From Thermoleophilia bacterium (lineage in GTDB: Bacteria > Actinomycetota > Thermoleophilia > RBG-16-64-13), in contig JAOAGT010000002.1 in assembly GCA_026415615.1 (NCBI GenBank), positions 448,545-512,544 on the forward strand: a stretch of DNA of 64,000 bases, given 5' to 3'. Positions 35,107-44,107 of this stretch are shown here, in pieces. A model generated the notes under the pieces. That model did no database searches, was not told where the DNA came from, and saw only the letters and a program-made list of their open reading frames with translations. A program made the position numbers and the translations under genes. The number at the start of each line of letters is the position of its first letter. The first letter of the stretch is position 1.

Positions 35107-36336
35107 TTATGGGGTGGTCTGTGGGGCGGTCCCTGAGAGTTTCTTGGCCAGAGCCGGGAGACCTATGACGTCAAGCGTACGAATCTCTGAGCGGTTGGTT
35201 TCAAACAGAGTGGCAAAACCTGTGGGTAGCTCTCCGTTTCTCGCTAGGAGCAAAATGCCGTTGTCCTGCGCAAGACACGCGCTAGCTACCAAGGCATCGG
35301 CAAAGCTATCGCCACTCGCAATACAAGTGTGCGCGAAGCTCAACCCGTTCCGTGAGGCGTAACTCACTACGGCAGCGGCGGTGGTGAATGGGTCAGTCTC
35401 GTTAATAGTCTCCACAGTAGCAAGAGAGAGCTTGGTCTGTGTTCCCACTATGAGTGCCGATGTCACTCCAGCCTGGTCCAGAAATGAGGTTACCTGTGCA
35501 GGTAACTTGGCGTCGCGTCTGGTAAGAACCACAGGCCACTTGTGCGCGCCAGCGAGCGGGCCAACGGCGACCGCTTCAACAAAGTCATCCGAGGGGACAA
35601 CCACGACCCGAGCAATGGTCTCCAATTTGCCGGCTAGCGTCTGCGCTATAAGCACTGCGGTTTGGTAGGCGTCATCGCCAGTTATCGTGGTGACCTGGGG
35701 CTTGTCCAGTATTTCTCTTAGTCGAGAAGCGGTCGCTTTAGCCTTTGGAACTCCCACCAGGAAGACCTGGACTGGGTCAAGCCTCTTGAGCTCCGTCTCT
35801 AAATCACCGCGCAGCCCCGAGGGGGGCATCAGCAGCACGGGTCCCCCGTAAGCAGCTGCTAAGGGAGGGACGCAGATACCATGCTCGAAGCTCTCCCCAG
35901 AAACCAAGACTACGCTCGGCGCTCCTGTGGGGAAGTTTAGCCGCGAAACAGCTATGGCTGTGGCGTAGCGGTCTTCGCCAGCGGGGATGTTGTTTACTAT
36001 GAGAGGTTCAGTGGTAGTGGTGGTGGACGTCTCTTCTACATAAGGGGTCGTGCTAGGTACGGTGTAGGCTGTTTCCGTTGTATTGGAGGCAAACAACGGG
36101 AACACAAGTCGCTCCGCGGTGTAGTAGAGAGCGTATGCAATTGCCGCTATCACACCGAGAGAAAAAAGCCACTTAACAACTTGTGCTCCCACGCGGATGT
36201 AAGTGGTCCCGCCGAGCAAACCCAGGTGAACCCGGGGAAGACGCGCCCCGCAGTACCAGCAATACTTGCTTCCGCGAGTGTTGGTTCCACCGCACTCGCG
36301 ACACTCGATGCCCTGATCTTGCTTCTCAGCAGCCAC
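35107..36336 (-). CDS. membrane-anchored protein with N-terminal zinc ribbon and cell-wall-binding repeat 2 (CWB2) domains
   Basis: CRECGGTNTRGSKYCWYCG, then a TM segment and a Thr-rich linker. Three repeats follow of the type G.DRY.TA..V......AP.VVLVSG..F.D....PLAA..G.P(V/I)LL. Confidence 0.7.
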   Translation of the reverse strand: MAAEKQDQGIECRECGGTNTRGSKYCWYCGARLPRVHLGLLGGTTYIRVGAQVVKWLFSLGVIAAIAYALYYTAERLVFPLFASNTTETAYTVPSTTPYVEETSTTTTTEPLIVNNIPAGEDRYATAIAVSRLNFPTGAPSVVLVSGESFEHGICVPPLAAAYGGPVLLMPPSGLRGDLETELKRLDPVQVFLVGVPKAKATASRLREILDKPQVTTITGDDAYQTAVLIAQTLAGKLETIARVVVVPSDDFVEAVAVGPLAGAHKWPVVLTRRDAKLPAQVTSFLDQAGVTSALIVGTQTKLSLATVETINETDPFTTAAAVVSYASRNGLSFAHTCIASGDSFADALVASACLAQDNGILLLARNGELPTGFATLFETNRSEIRTLDVIGLPALAKKLSGTAPQTTP

Positions 36337-36380
36337 GTTTCCCCCCGCTTGGCAGCTCCAATCTACTACATTAGCCCTAT

Positions 36381-37895
36381 TTAAAGCAGTAGGGATCTAG
36401 TCGGAAACTGGGGATCGCTGGTGGCGTTTAGACCGAGTCTGCGCAAGCCCGCCTCATCGCCTGCTGTGGGCATGTGAGTGGTATGAAACTCGCAGCCGGC
36501 GAGTTCTCTTAGGTGTCCCATGGCCAGCTGAGCTGCGGGATTGGTAGCCGCGCTTATCCCCAGAGCTATTAACGTTTCGTCGAGATCCAAACTTACGGAG
36601 TTCATCCGCAGGATGTCTTTTTTCATGTTGGCTATTGATTCAAGGACGTTGGGGGTAAGCAGAGGCAACTCGTCCGGAATATGGGAAAGATACTTGACGG
36701 CGTTCAGCACGGCTGCGGACGCGGCGTGCATCAAAGGAGAGTTCTTGCCGGTGACAATATGGCCGTCTGAAAGTTCGATGGCGGCGCCGCAGTATATCCC
36801 GTTGTTGCCCTTGCCTTTAGCTTCTGCCTCTTGAGCTGCCTGCCTTGCGGGCTGCACGACGCTGCGCTGACTCTCGTCAAGCCCAAGCTCTTTCATAAGA
36901 AGCAAGGCGCGCTCGGCATCTTCTTTTTCCACCAAACCCAGCGCATATTCGCATGCATAGCGGAAATAGCGACGGATAACCTCCTGCTCGGCGGCTCGGC
37001 ACACTACCTCCTCGTCAACAATGGCGAAACCGGCCCGGTTGACTCCCATATCCGTTGGAGAGCGGTATAAGGTTGGGGCGCCTATGCGCTCGAGGATCCG
37101 AGCCAGCAACGGGAAAGCCTCTATATCTCGATTGTAGTTCACGGCTTGCACCCCATAGGCCGCCAAGTGGAAGGGGTCGATCTGGTTGACGTCCCGTAGC
37201 TCCACCGTGGCGGCCTCATAAGCGACGTTTACTGGATGCTTAAGGGGAAGATTCCATATTGGAAAAGTTTCAAACTTGGCATACCCTGCTTTGTTCCCCC
37301 TGAGATTTTCGTGGTAAAGCTGCGAGAGACATGTGGCCAACTTGCCGCTGCCAGGGCCGGGTCCCACTACTACCACCACCGGGCGCTCGGTCGGAATGTA
37401 GCTGTTGGCCCCATACCCTTCCTCGCTCACGATCCGGTCCACGTCGGTTGGGTAGCCGCGAGTAGAAGCGTGGGTATACACGGGAATGCCACGGCGCTCA
37501 AGCCGAGACTTGAAAATCCGGGCCGAAGGCTGTCCGTCAAAACGTGTGATGACAACCGCACGAACCAACAATCCCCAGTCTTGTAGATCGTCAATGAGTT
37601 TAAGAGCGTCCAGATCGTAAGGAATGCCGAAATCCGCCCGTATCTTGCGACGTTCGATCGCTCCTGCGTAGATGCAAACGATGATCTCAGCCTGGTCTCG
37701 CAACAGCTGAAGCAGCCGGACTTTCACGTTTGGGTCGTAGCCGGGTAACACCCGCGCCGCGTGGTAGTCATAGGCCACCTTCCCCCCAAATTCAAGATAC
37801 AGTCGCCCCCCGGTCCGCTCGGCTCTCTCGATTATGGCTCGGCTCTGTTCCTCCAGATACTTCTCGTTATCAAAACCGATCTTCTTTTGCGCCAA
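36381..37895 (-). CDS. DUF1846 (UPF0371) family protein
   Basis: 504 aa. KIGFDNEKYLEEQSRAIIERAE..GGRLYLEFGGKVAYDYHAARVLPGYDPN matches the remembered UPF0371 N-terminal signature. Confidence 0.8.
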   Translation of the reverse strand: MAQKKIGFDNEKYLEEQSRAIIERAERTGGRLYLEFGGKVAYDYHAARVLPGYDPNVKVRLLQLLRDQAEIIVCIYAGAIERRKIRADFGIPYDLDALKLIDDLQDWGLLVRAVVITRFDGQPSARIFKSRLERRGIPVYTHASTRGYPTDVDRIVSEEGYGANSYIPTERPVVVVVGPGPGSGKLATCLSQLYHENLRGNKAGYAKFETFPIWNLPLKHPVNVAYEAATVELRDVNQIDPFHLAAYGVQAVNYNRDIEAFPLLARILERIGAPTLYRSPTDMGVNRAGFAIVDEEVVCRAAEQEVIRRYFRYACEYALGLVEKEDAERALLLMKELGLDESQRSVVQPARQAAQEAEAKGKGNNGIYCGAAIELSDGHIVTGKNSPLMHAASAAVLNAVKYLSHIPDELPLLTPNVLESIANMKKDILRMNSVSLDLDETLIALGISAATNPAAQLAMGHLRELAGCEFHTTHMPTAGDEAGLRRLGLNATSDPQFPTRSLLL

Positions 37896-37928
37896 GGCTG
37901 TCTCCCCGTGCTCCTTTCCGCTCTGTCT

Positions 37929-38783
37929 TTAGAGGTCTTCTCGCCAGTTCCAGTCCCGGCCTCCTTTGAAAACATTGGCGTTCATCTCATTGCTGAGGTG
38001 CACAAGGTTGGCTTCGGGGAAACGCTCAGCCATAGCGTAGTAGAACCCTGCCACAGTGTCGTGTCTGGCAAGCTCTTCTTCGGTTGCGATTAAGTACTCG
38101 CGTGTGAAGTCGAGGGAGCTACGATCAAAAGGCATGCCAGGCTTCTGGTGCCCCGGAATGATTATCTCGGCACCCATCTTTTCTATCTTGTCGATTTCCT
38201 CTATCCACTGCTTGCGCTCTTCGGCGGTAAGCTCGCAGGTGAACGGGTGCGCCTGGTTGAAAAGCACGTCGCTCGCATAGAGCGTCTTCATGCAGGGAAT
38301 CCACACCATGGTGTTGTACTTCATGTCGCCCATAACGCGCGGGATGATCTCGATCCGTTCGCCTTCAAGCTCTAGGTAGTCTTGCTCAAGCGGCTCCACC
38401 GGGACGGTCTGCCGACACACGTTGTGGGAACCGATGATGCTTTCCCAGTGCTCGATCTTGCCGAAGAACTGCTTGTTTATGATGTTTGCCTCCGACGGAA
38501 CAGCAACAACTCTAGCTTTGGGGAAAGCTGCGGCTATGGTGCCTGCGCCAAAGTAGTGGTCTGGGTGGGCGTGGGTGAGATAGATTGTATGCAGGTTCTT
38601 GCCTGTCTCGAGAATCTCCGCAATAACTCTGTAAGCGTTGGAAAGAGTCCACTGGGCGTCGATTAGGATGGCGTCCCTCTCGCCCATTATGATAACCGAG
38701 GCAACTTCAAAGCCCTTCTCATCGCTGAATAGCACCTTGGCTGTGAGGGGGCTGGTGGCGACTCCGGCGTGTCTAATCTCCAT
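37929..38783 (-). CDS. MBL-fold metallo-hydrolase
   Basis: 284 aa. YLTHAHPDHYFG (HxHxDH). RBS AAGGAGGA. Confidence 0.85.
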   Translation of the reverse strand: MEIRHAGVATSPLTAKVLFSDEKGFEVASVIIMGERDAILIDAQWTLSNAYRVIAEILETGKNLHTIYLTHAHPDHYFGAGTIAAAFPKARVVAVPSEANIINKQFFGKIEHWESIIGSHNVCRQTVPVEPLEQDYLELEGERIEIIPRVMGDMKYNTMVWIPCMKTLYASDVLFNQAHPFTCELTAEERKQWIEEIDKIEKMGAEIIIPGHQKPGMPFDRSSLDFTREYLIATEEELARHDTVAGFYYAMAERFPEANLVHLSNEMNANVFKGGRDWNWREDL

Positions 38784-38855
38784 CGCGTGATCCTCCTTGA
38801 CTAGTGTTTCTCTCCGTTCTCACGTTCGGCGCGTGCTTAGTGTAGGGGTTACTTT

Positions 38856-39818
38856 TTAGACCGCTTCAATAGTGGAAGGCGGCTTGGGAGCAATGTTGTA
38901 CGTCACGCTGACCACTCCAGGCACTTCCTGCACGATCTCTCGAGCCAGGCGCTCAAGAACATCAAATGGCAGGCGGGTGGGAGTGGCCGTGCGGGCATCT
39001 ACACTGTCCCAACACCTCACTTCGATTTGCTGACCAAACTCCCGTTTGCCGTTGCGCATGCCCGTGACCCGATCCTCGTGCAGAATAGCCAGGTACTGGA
39101 ATGCTCCGTACCCGGAGAGCATGCGCTCTACAATCTCGGTGGCTTGGCGAACGGTCTCTATTCGCTCGGGTGTGACCTCGCCAATAACTCGGGCAGCTAG
39201 AGCGGGACCTGGGAAGGGAATGCGTTCGAAAACTTCGGGTGGTAACCCAAGAGCTTCCCCGACCTTGCGCACCCCGTCCTTGCGCAGTTGGACCAGGGGC
39301 TCAATGATTTTGTATCCAAAAGCGGCTTCAGGGTCTATGCCAAGCTGCTCAAAAACGTTGTGTTGGCGTTTTATACCAGCCGCCGTTTCTTCCACGTCGG
39401 TTAGAATTGTGCCCTGCAGGAGGAACCTCGCTCCGCTTTCGCGCACGATGCGTCCAAATACGTCCCGGTAGAACGTTTGCGTGATGGCCTCGCGCTTGGC
39501 CTCGGGATCCGTAACGCCGCGCAGGGCATTGAAAAACTCCTCTCGGGCATCGACGAGCTCTACAGGTATGCCAAGATCTCGGAACAGGCCAACCACTTGC
39601 TCGGGCTCCCCGGCCCGCATGAGTCCGTTGTTAATGAAGACTGTGCGCAGCCGGTCTCCCAAGGCTCGATGACCTAGCATGGTCACGGTTGAGGAGTCAA
39701 CCCCTCCAGACAGGGCGTTGATGGCATGTCCGTCGCCAACCAGCTCCCTTATTTCTCTAACCTTTTCGTCGATAAAACGCTGTGGATCGAGCTCCGACGC
39801 CGGAATTTCCTTGATCAT
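38856..39818 (-). CDS. guaA: GMP synthase ATP-pyrophosphatase subunit (GuaA C-terminal half as a stand-alone protein)
   Basis: ATG 39818 after AAAGGAGA. PP-loop ALSGGVDSS, FINNGLMR, PFPGP.LA.R and a C-terminal KPPSTIE. No glutamine amidotransferase domain in the ORF or in the neighbouring genes. Confidence 0.85.
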   Translation of the reverse strand: MIKEIPASELDPQRFIDEKVREIRELVGDGHAINALSGGVDSSTVTMLGHRALGDRLRTVFINNGLMRAGEPEQVVGLFRDLGIPVELVDAREEFFNALRGVTDPEAKREAITQTFYRDVFGRIVRESGARFLLQGTILTDVEETAAGIKRQHNVFEQLGIDPEAAFGYKIIEPLVQLRKDGVRKVGEALGLPPEVFERIPFPGPALAARVIGEVTPERIETVRQATEIVERMLSGYGAFQYLAILHEDRVTGMRNGKREFGQQIEVRCWDSVDARTATPTRLPFDVLERLAREIVQEVPGVVSVTYNIAPKPPSTIEAV

Positions 39819-40143
39819 CCAGTTGTCTCCTTTAGCCTTCACATATGTGGTCTTGCGATCGGCCAAACCATAGGTCCTGATCAAGCTTCCATTATCCAGG
39901 ATTGGCTAGCTGTTTGAAGGCTCTTTTGTGACCGTAGTTGATCATCCAGTTAACGCGGGCGTACACTAGGCAAAGACCAGCCTGCGAAGGTGCAGAGCAA
40001 TCCAAGCGGTCTGCCGTGTCGAGCTCTTCTTGTCGTCTTGAGCTCTTCTATTGCCTGCCGGCGCGTAAGAATATCGACCGGCTGGTAGGGTTCCCGTAGT
40101 AAGATGGCCGGAGCTAAAAACACCGAAAGGAAGGTTCCAAGAG

Positions 40144-40554
40144 ATGCCGGTTGATGTAATTACCGCTGACACCCTCAACAAAGAGACCATTAAAGAAGCA
40201 CTGGACCCAGACTTTCCCAACGTCTTTGTTGACGAAGACGGGGATTTGGGGGTGAGGGACCTTTGCATCTGCTACCTGCTTCCGAACGTGGAGCAGAAGA
40301 GGCTGAGACTGCTCACTCTTTGGCATTTTAGGAAAGAGGTAGGGGAGCTCGAGAAGTATCTTTGCGCAAACCGCATAAATGTAGACTATGCCATCGTGCG
40401 GGCGGCTGTGGTGGGGAATAACCTTGCCATGACATACGATGTTTCTTTGGAGGGAGACGGAATATCTCGTCGGTCTCTGGTTCTTTTGATAAAGCGTTTC
40501 TGCTCTGCAGCCCTGGCTTCTGCCATGGAGTATGGGCAAGGTCTGCTTTCCTGA
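40144..40554 (+). CDS. YbjN-like (putative sensory transduction regulator / T3SS-chaperone-fold) protein
   Basis: 136 aa, RBS GAAAGGAAGG. Pattern ...F.VDEDGDL.V...........L....F...........N.....A......... is reminiscent of YbjN domains. GC content looks lower by eye than the flanks. Confidence 0.55.
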   Translation: MPVDVITADTLNKETIKEALDPDFPNVFVDEDGDLGVRDLCICYLLPNVEQKRLRLLTLWHFRKEVGELEKYLCANRINVDYAIVRAAVVGNNLAMTYDVSLEGDGISRRSLVLLIKRFCSAALASAMEYGQGLLS

Positions 40555-40650
40555 GATAGACAGAGGGAAAGAGCTCATCTGGCCGGGTATAAGAGCCCGA
40601 GGGAGGTTTGAAAAGAAAGGGCGCTGCGTAGCCAAGAGAGCGGCGCCGGC

Positions 40651-40690
40651 AAAGAGGAGCGGCCCGCCGATGGCGGGCCGCTCCTCTTTG
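40651..40690. terminator. bidirectional terminator hairpin
   Basis: AAAGAGGAGCGGCCCGCC-GATG-GGCGGGCCGCTCCTCTTT (18-bp stem with A/T-rich flanks on both strands). Confidence 0.85.
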
Positions 40691-40735
40691 GTCTTAAGCC
40701 TTTTCCCGAGCCTCGGGACCGAAGGCTCCAGAGTT

Positions 40736-41587
40736 CTACTTGCTAAGCACAATGTCGCCCAGGTTGACAGACGTGAAAGTCCTTGCCTCTAGCACCTGGT
40801 CCTTGTAACCAGCCATTGAAACCGTGAGCTTGTACTTGGTATTGGCTGGCAGCCCGTCGAACTCAAAATCGCCGAAGCCGTCGGTGACTTTGGTTTGCTT
40901 GGCGCCAGTCGGATTCCCGTCCACATCAAGCTCCTCAAGCGTCACCGTCGCTCCCTTGGCGCACTCATCGGTGTCGCCAAGGACTACGCACCCGGCTATG
41001 AAGCTCTTGGGCAACCCGATATAGCGGACCTTCTCTTTTAGACCAAATTCGGGATGAAGCACCTCGGTCTGGCTTGAGGCAAGCAGTTTCGAGATGGCGC
41101 TGTTTGGATCATCCAGGTCGCCAAAGACAAGAGCTCCGGTGGGGCATGCCTCCACGCAGCGAGGCTCCTTCCACCCAGCATCCAGAAGGTGGGCACAGAA
41201 CGTGCATTTCTGGGGTAGCTGGGACTCCTCGTTCCAGAAGATCACCCTGTACGGGCAACGGTTAACGAGTTCCTTTTGGCCCTTGGCCTTGACGGGATCA
41301 ATGATCACTATGCCGTCGTCACGCTTGTAGACGGCGCCATCTCGCGAAGCCGCCACACAGGGGGCGTCATCGCAGTGCATGCAAGGGATGGCCGTATAGT
41401 CAACCTTGACCTTGGGGTACTGGCCCCGCTGGGTCTCAATGACGTTCATCCAAGTCTGCCCGGTCAGAGGCTGGGCCGCCGCATACGGGCTGTGATCATT
41501 GCCGCAATGCTCGTCCTTGCAGGCAATGAAGCAGTTGTAGCACCCAATACAGTGGGCGACGTCGATCACCATTCCGTACCTGGTCAT
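40736..41587 (-). CDS. Fe-S subunit of a pyrogallol-transhydroxylase-type molybdoenzyme (BthL-like): 4Fe-4S ferredoxin domains plus a C-terminal beta-sandwich domain
   Basis: 283 aa. CIGCYNCFIACKDEH, CMHCDDAPC and CTFCAHLLDAGWKEPRCVEACP. The C-terminal ~85 aa (GATVTLEELDVDGNPTG..TKVTDGFGDFEFDGLPANTKYKLTVSMAGY) are carboxypeptidase-regulatory-like. RBS GGGAGG lies inside the upstream gene end, with a 1-nt gap. Confidence 0.8.
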   Translation of the reverse strand: MTRYGMVIDVAHCIGCYNCFIACKDEHCGNDHSPYAAAQPLTGQTWMNVIETQRGQYPKVKVDYTAIPCMHCDDAPCVAASRDGAVYKRDDGIVIIDPVKAKGQKELVNRCPYRVIFWNEESQLPQKCTFCAHLLDAGWKEPRCVEACPTGALVFGDLDDPNSAISKLLASSQTEVLHPEFGLKEKVRYIGLPKSFIAGCVVLGDTDECAKGATVTLEELDVDGNPTGAKQTKVTDGFGDFEFDGLPANTKYKLTVSMAGYKDQVLEARTFTSVNLGDIVLSK

Positions 41588-41588
41588 C

Positions 41589-44093
41589 TTAGGCCTCCCA
41601 TCTGGTTATCTCGATCAAGCACGAGTTGGGTGCCATGCCCGGTGCATTCTTAGAGAGCAGTCTCGCCGGCGTGAGCAGGTTGACGCATCCGCCTCTGTCA
41701 ATGGCGCCAGGCTTACCGGGCTCCAGCGGGTCGTACTTGGCCGATCCTTCATATGAGTGAACAACGCCAGGCCGAACTCTCTCGGTAACTTCGGCGGCGC
41801 ACAGCACCGCAGCGCGGTCGTTAAACAGCTTCACGATGTCACCGTTCTTGATGCCTCTGGCCTCAGCGTCCCGCGGATGGATGCGCACGATCCAGTAGTC
41901 GTAGCCGTTCTTGCGCATCCGGTGGATGGGGATCTCTGACAGCCACGGCACATGGGTGTCGTGGTGAGTATGGAAGCTAAACCGCGGATGCGGGGATATG
42001 AGCTGCAACGGGTACTTCTTGGCTAGCTCAGAGGTATGCCCCTCCCAGCTTGGGATGTACTTGGGCATTGGCGCCCGCTCAGTGTCATCCGGGGTATGCG
42101 CCAGCAAGCTTTGCGACACGAACTCGATCTTACCGCTGTAGGTGCCAAGCTCGTGCGCCTTCTCGGTGCCGCGCTTGGGATTGGCAAAGTCAGGCGTGTC
42201 GCAAGGTCTGCCCTCGTAGAACCACCGCAGGGCTGGAGTGGGCTTGTAGTTCTCGATCTGCGGGACCACAAAGTAGCCCTTGCGCTTGAACTCCTCGAAG
42301 GATATGTACTTGGGCAGATCCGAGGCGTAGAACATCTTCTCGATCCACTCCTCGATGGTCTTGCCTTCGGTGTAATCCTCGAGGAAGCCAAGGCGTTCAG
42401 CAAGTCCGCAGAAGATGTCCCAGTCAGAACGTGACTCACCAAGCGGCTCGATGCACTTCTGCTGGTAAATAATGACGCGGTGGTTGCAGCTACCAGAAGC
42501 GTGGAGGGAGTATCCGCCCGAGCTTGCCCACTCGCTAATGTCGTTGCGCTCCAAGTTGGTGCACGCCGGCAGAATGACGTCAGCAAAGCGAGTCTCCGTG
42601 GACCACCAGCAGTCCTGGTTGACCACAAACTCCAACTTCGGGCTCTGATACATCCGGACCCAGCGGTTGGTCTCGGTCATAGTGGCGATGAATGCGCCCC
42701 CATACCGATAGAACATCTTCACCTCAGAGTGTCCCGGCAGCGGGTACACAAATTTGGTGAACTGCTGTTCGAGCGATCCGCCGCAGAAGCCCTCGCCCAT
42801 CCATTCGATGTGCCCATCAAGGATTGCTTCCGGCACAAGCAAGCGGTACACGCGCTGCTTAACCGGGTTAATCGCCTTCTTCTCAGCGATGAGGTTAAAC
42901 CCGCCGCTGGCGTATCCCGGGAAGTCAAGCTCGTAGTTGTACGGCGGCCCGTTAGTGGTGCCCCATATGCTGACTCCGGGCTTGCCCAAGCCTTGCATAG
43001 CTTGCAGGAAGACCAGCATCCGGTCGTGCTCGGTAGCGTAGGCTTGACGGCAGTGACCACCCTCGCCGCCTTTGGTGCCGCCTGCCAGGCAAGTGCGGTT
43101 GGCGGCCCACTCGCGAGCCAACGCAACGATGGTGCGGGCCTCGACTCCGGTGATCTCAGCTGCCCATCTGGGGTCCTTAGGTACGCCGTCTTCTTCGCCG
43201 AGCACATACTTCTTGAACTCATCAAAGCCAATAGTGCGATTGGCGATGTAGTCCTTGTCGTAAGTGCCCTCGGTAAGCCAGACATAGGCGATGCCCAGAG
43301 CCAACGCTCCCGTGGTGCCGGGCCGGTAAGCGATCCACTTATCTCCTACCGCAGCGCCGGTGTAGTTGTAGAACGGGTCGATGATAATCTGCCGAATGCC
43401 CTTTTCTTTGAACCAATAACGCCAGAGTGCGGACTCATTACCCCCGTAGATGCCGTGGGTGGAGTCGGCGTCGTTTCCCCAGTGGATAATGAGCGTGGTA
43501 TGCCTCAGTGTTTCCTCGAGCATGTCGTAATGCTCGGGGTTGCCGAGGCGCCAGTAGAAGCCCCAGGCGTGTGTGGCTCCCCAGTGCCAGCCTTCCCAGC
43601 TGTCTGGGTTGTCCAGGATGTCGGTAAAGCCGAGCATGTTGAAGAAGCGAGCCCACGCCCCGGTGCGATAGCCCAGGTTACCCCAGTTGTGATGCGAGGA
43701 AGCGCGGGACATGATGGCTTCGGGACCATAGGTCTCCCGAATCCGCTTCATCTCATTCGCAACTAGGTCCAGCGCCTCGTCCCAGCTGATCCTCACATAT
43801 CCGGACTTGCCCCGGTTTTGGGGATTGCGCTCACCGTTTGGATCGAAGTCAACCCGCTTCATGGGGTAGAGGATCCGGTCCTCAGAGTAGACGCGGGCTT
43901 TTTCCGTCAAGGTGAAAGGCGCAACACAGGCTTTACGTGGAGGCGTGTACTTCTTGCCTTCAACATCGATTACCCAAGACGGGGCGTCCGTCTCGTCAAA
44001 GACGAGCGGACGCACCCGTACTATCTTTCCATCCTTGACATGGACTCGGATTGGGCCGCCGGCAGTGCAGTTAATAAATGTCTGCTCCGACAT
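41589..44093 (-). CDS. molybdopterin (bis-MGD) large subunit, pyrogallol-phloroglucinol transhydroxylase / resorcinol hydroxylase family (AthL-like)
   Basis: 834 aa. No N-terminal Cys cluster and no twin-arginine leader. Blocks YPMKRVDFDPNGERNPQNRG, SSHHNWGNLGY, DSWEGWHWG, RLGNPEHYD, ILPACTNLERNDIS and SPHPRFSFHTHHD match my recollection of the Pelobacter acidigallici enzyme. Confidence 0.8.
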   Translation of the reverse strand: MSEQTFINCTAGGPIRVHVKDGKIVRVRPLVFDETDAPSWVIDVEGKKYTPPRKACVAPFTLTEKARVYSEDRILYPMKRVDFDPNGERNPQNRGKSGYVRISWDEALDLVANEMKRIRETYGPEAIMSRASSHHNWGNLGYRTGAWARFFNMLGFTDILDNPDSWEGWHWGATHAWGFYWRLGNPEHYDMLEETLRHTTLIIHWGNDADSTHGIYGGNESALWRYWFKEKGIRQIIIDPFYNYTGAAVGDKWIAYRPGTTGALALGIAYVWLTEGTYDKDYIANRTIGFDEFKKYVLGEEDGVPKDPRWAAEITGVEARTIVALAREWAANRTCLAGGTKGGEGGHCRQAYATEHDRMLVFLQAMQGLGKPGVSIWGTTNGPPYNYELDFPGYASGGFNLIAEKKAINPVKQRVYRLLVPEAILDGHIEWMGEGFCGGSLEQQFTKFVYPLPGHSEVKMFYRYGGAFIATMTETNRWVRMYQSPKLEFVVNQDCWWSTETRFADVILPACTNLERNDISEWASSGGYSLHASGSCNHRVIIYQQKCIEPLGESRSDWDIFCGLAERLGFLEDYTEGKTIEEWIEKMFYASDLPKYISFEEFKRKGYFVVPQIENYKPTPALRWFYEGRPCDTPDFANPKRGTEKAHELGTYSGKIEFVSQSLLAHTPDDTERAPMPKYIPSWEGHTSELAKKYPLQLISPHPRFSFHTHHDTHVPWLSEIPIHRMRKNGYDYWIVRIHPRDAEARGIKNGDIVKLFNDRAAVLCAAEVTERVRPGVVHSYEGSAKYDPLEPGKPGAIDRGGCVNLLTPARLLSKNAPGMAPNSCLIEITRWEA

Positions 44094-44107
44094 GCGCTAT
44101 AGCCCTC

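Noticed and set aside
39819-39965. Purine riboswitch upstream of the guaA-like gene
   Set aside because: GGATAATGG and CTATGG resemble the L2 and J3/1 strings. The flanking sequences do not form the P1/P2/P3 three-way junction.
40114-40752. 212-aa minus-strand ORF overlapping the YbjN-like gene and the terminator
   Set aside because: It runs through an 18-bp-stem terminator and the RBS and start of the plus-strand gene. The plus-strand product has a good RBS and a plausible domain pattern.
42480-43766. 428-aa ORF on the plus strand inside the AthL-like gene
   Set aside because: It is antisense to a full-length, motif-rich molybdoenzyme gene. Its translation is Arg/Ala/Val/Gly-rich with no recognisable motif, as expected for an open antisense frame in GC-rich DNA.
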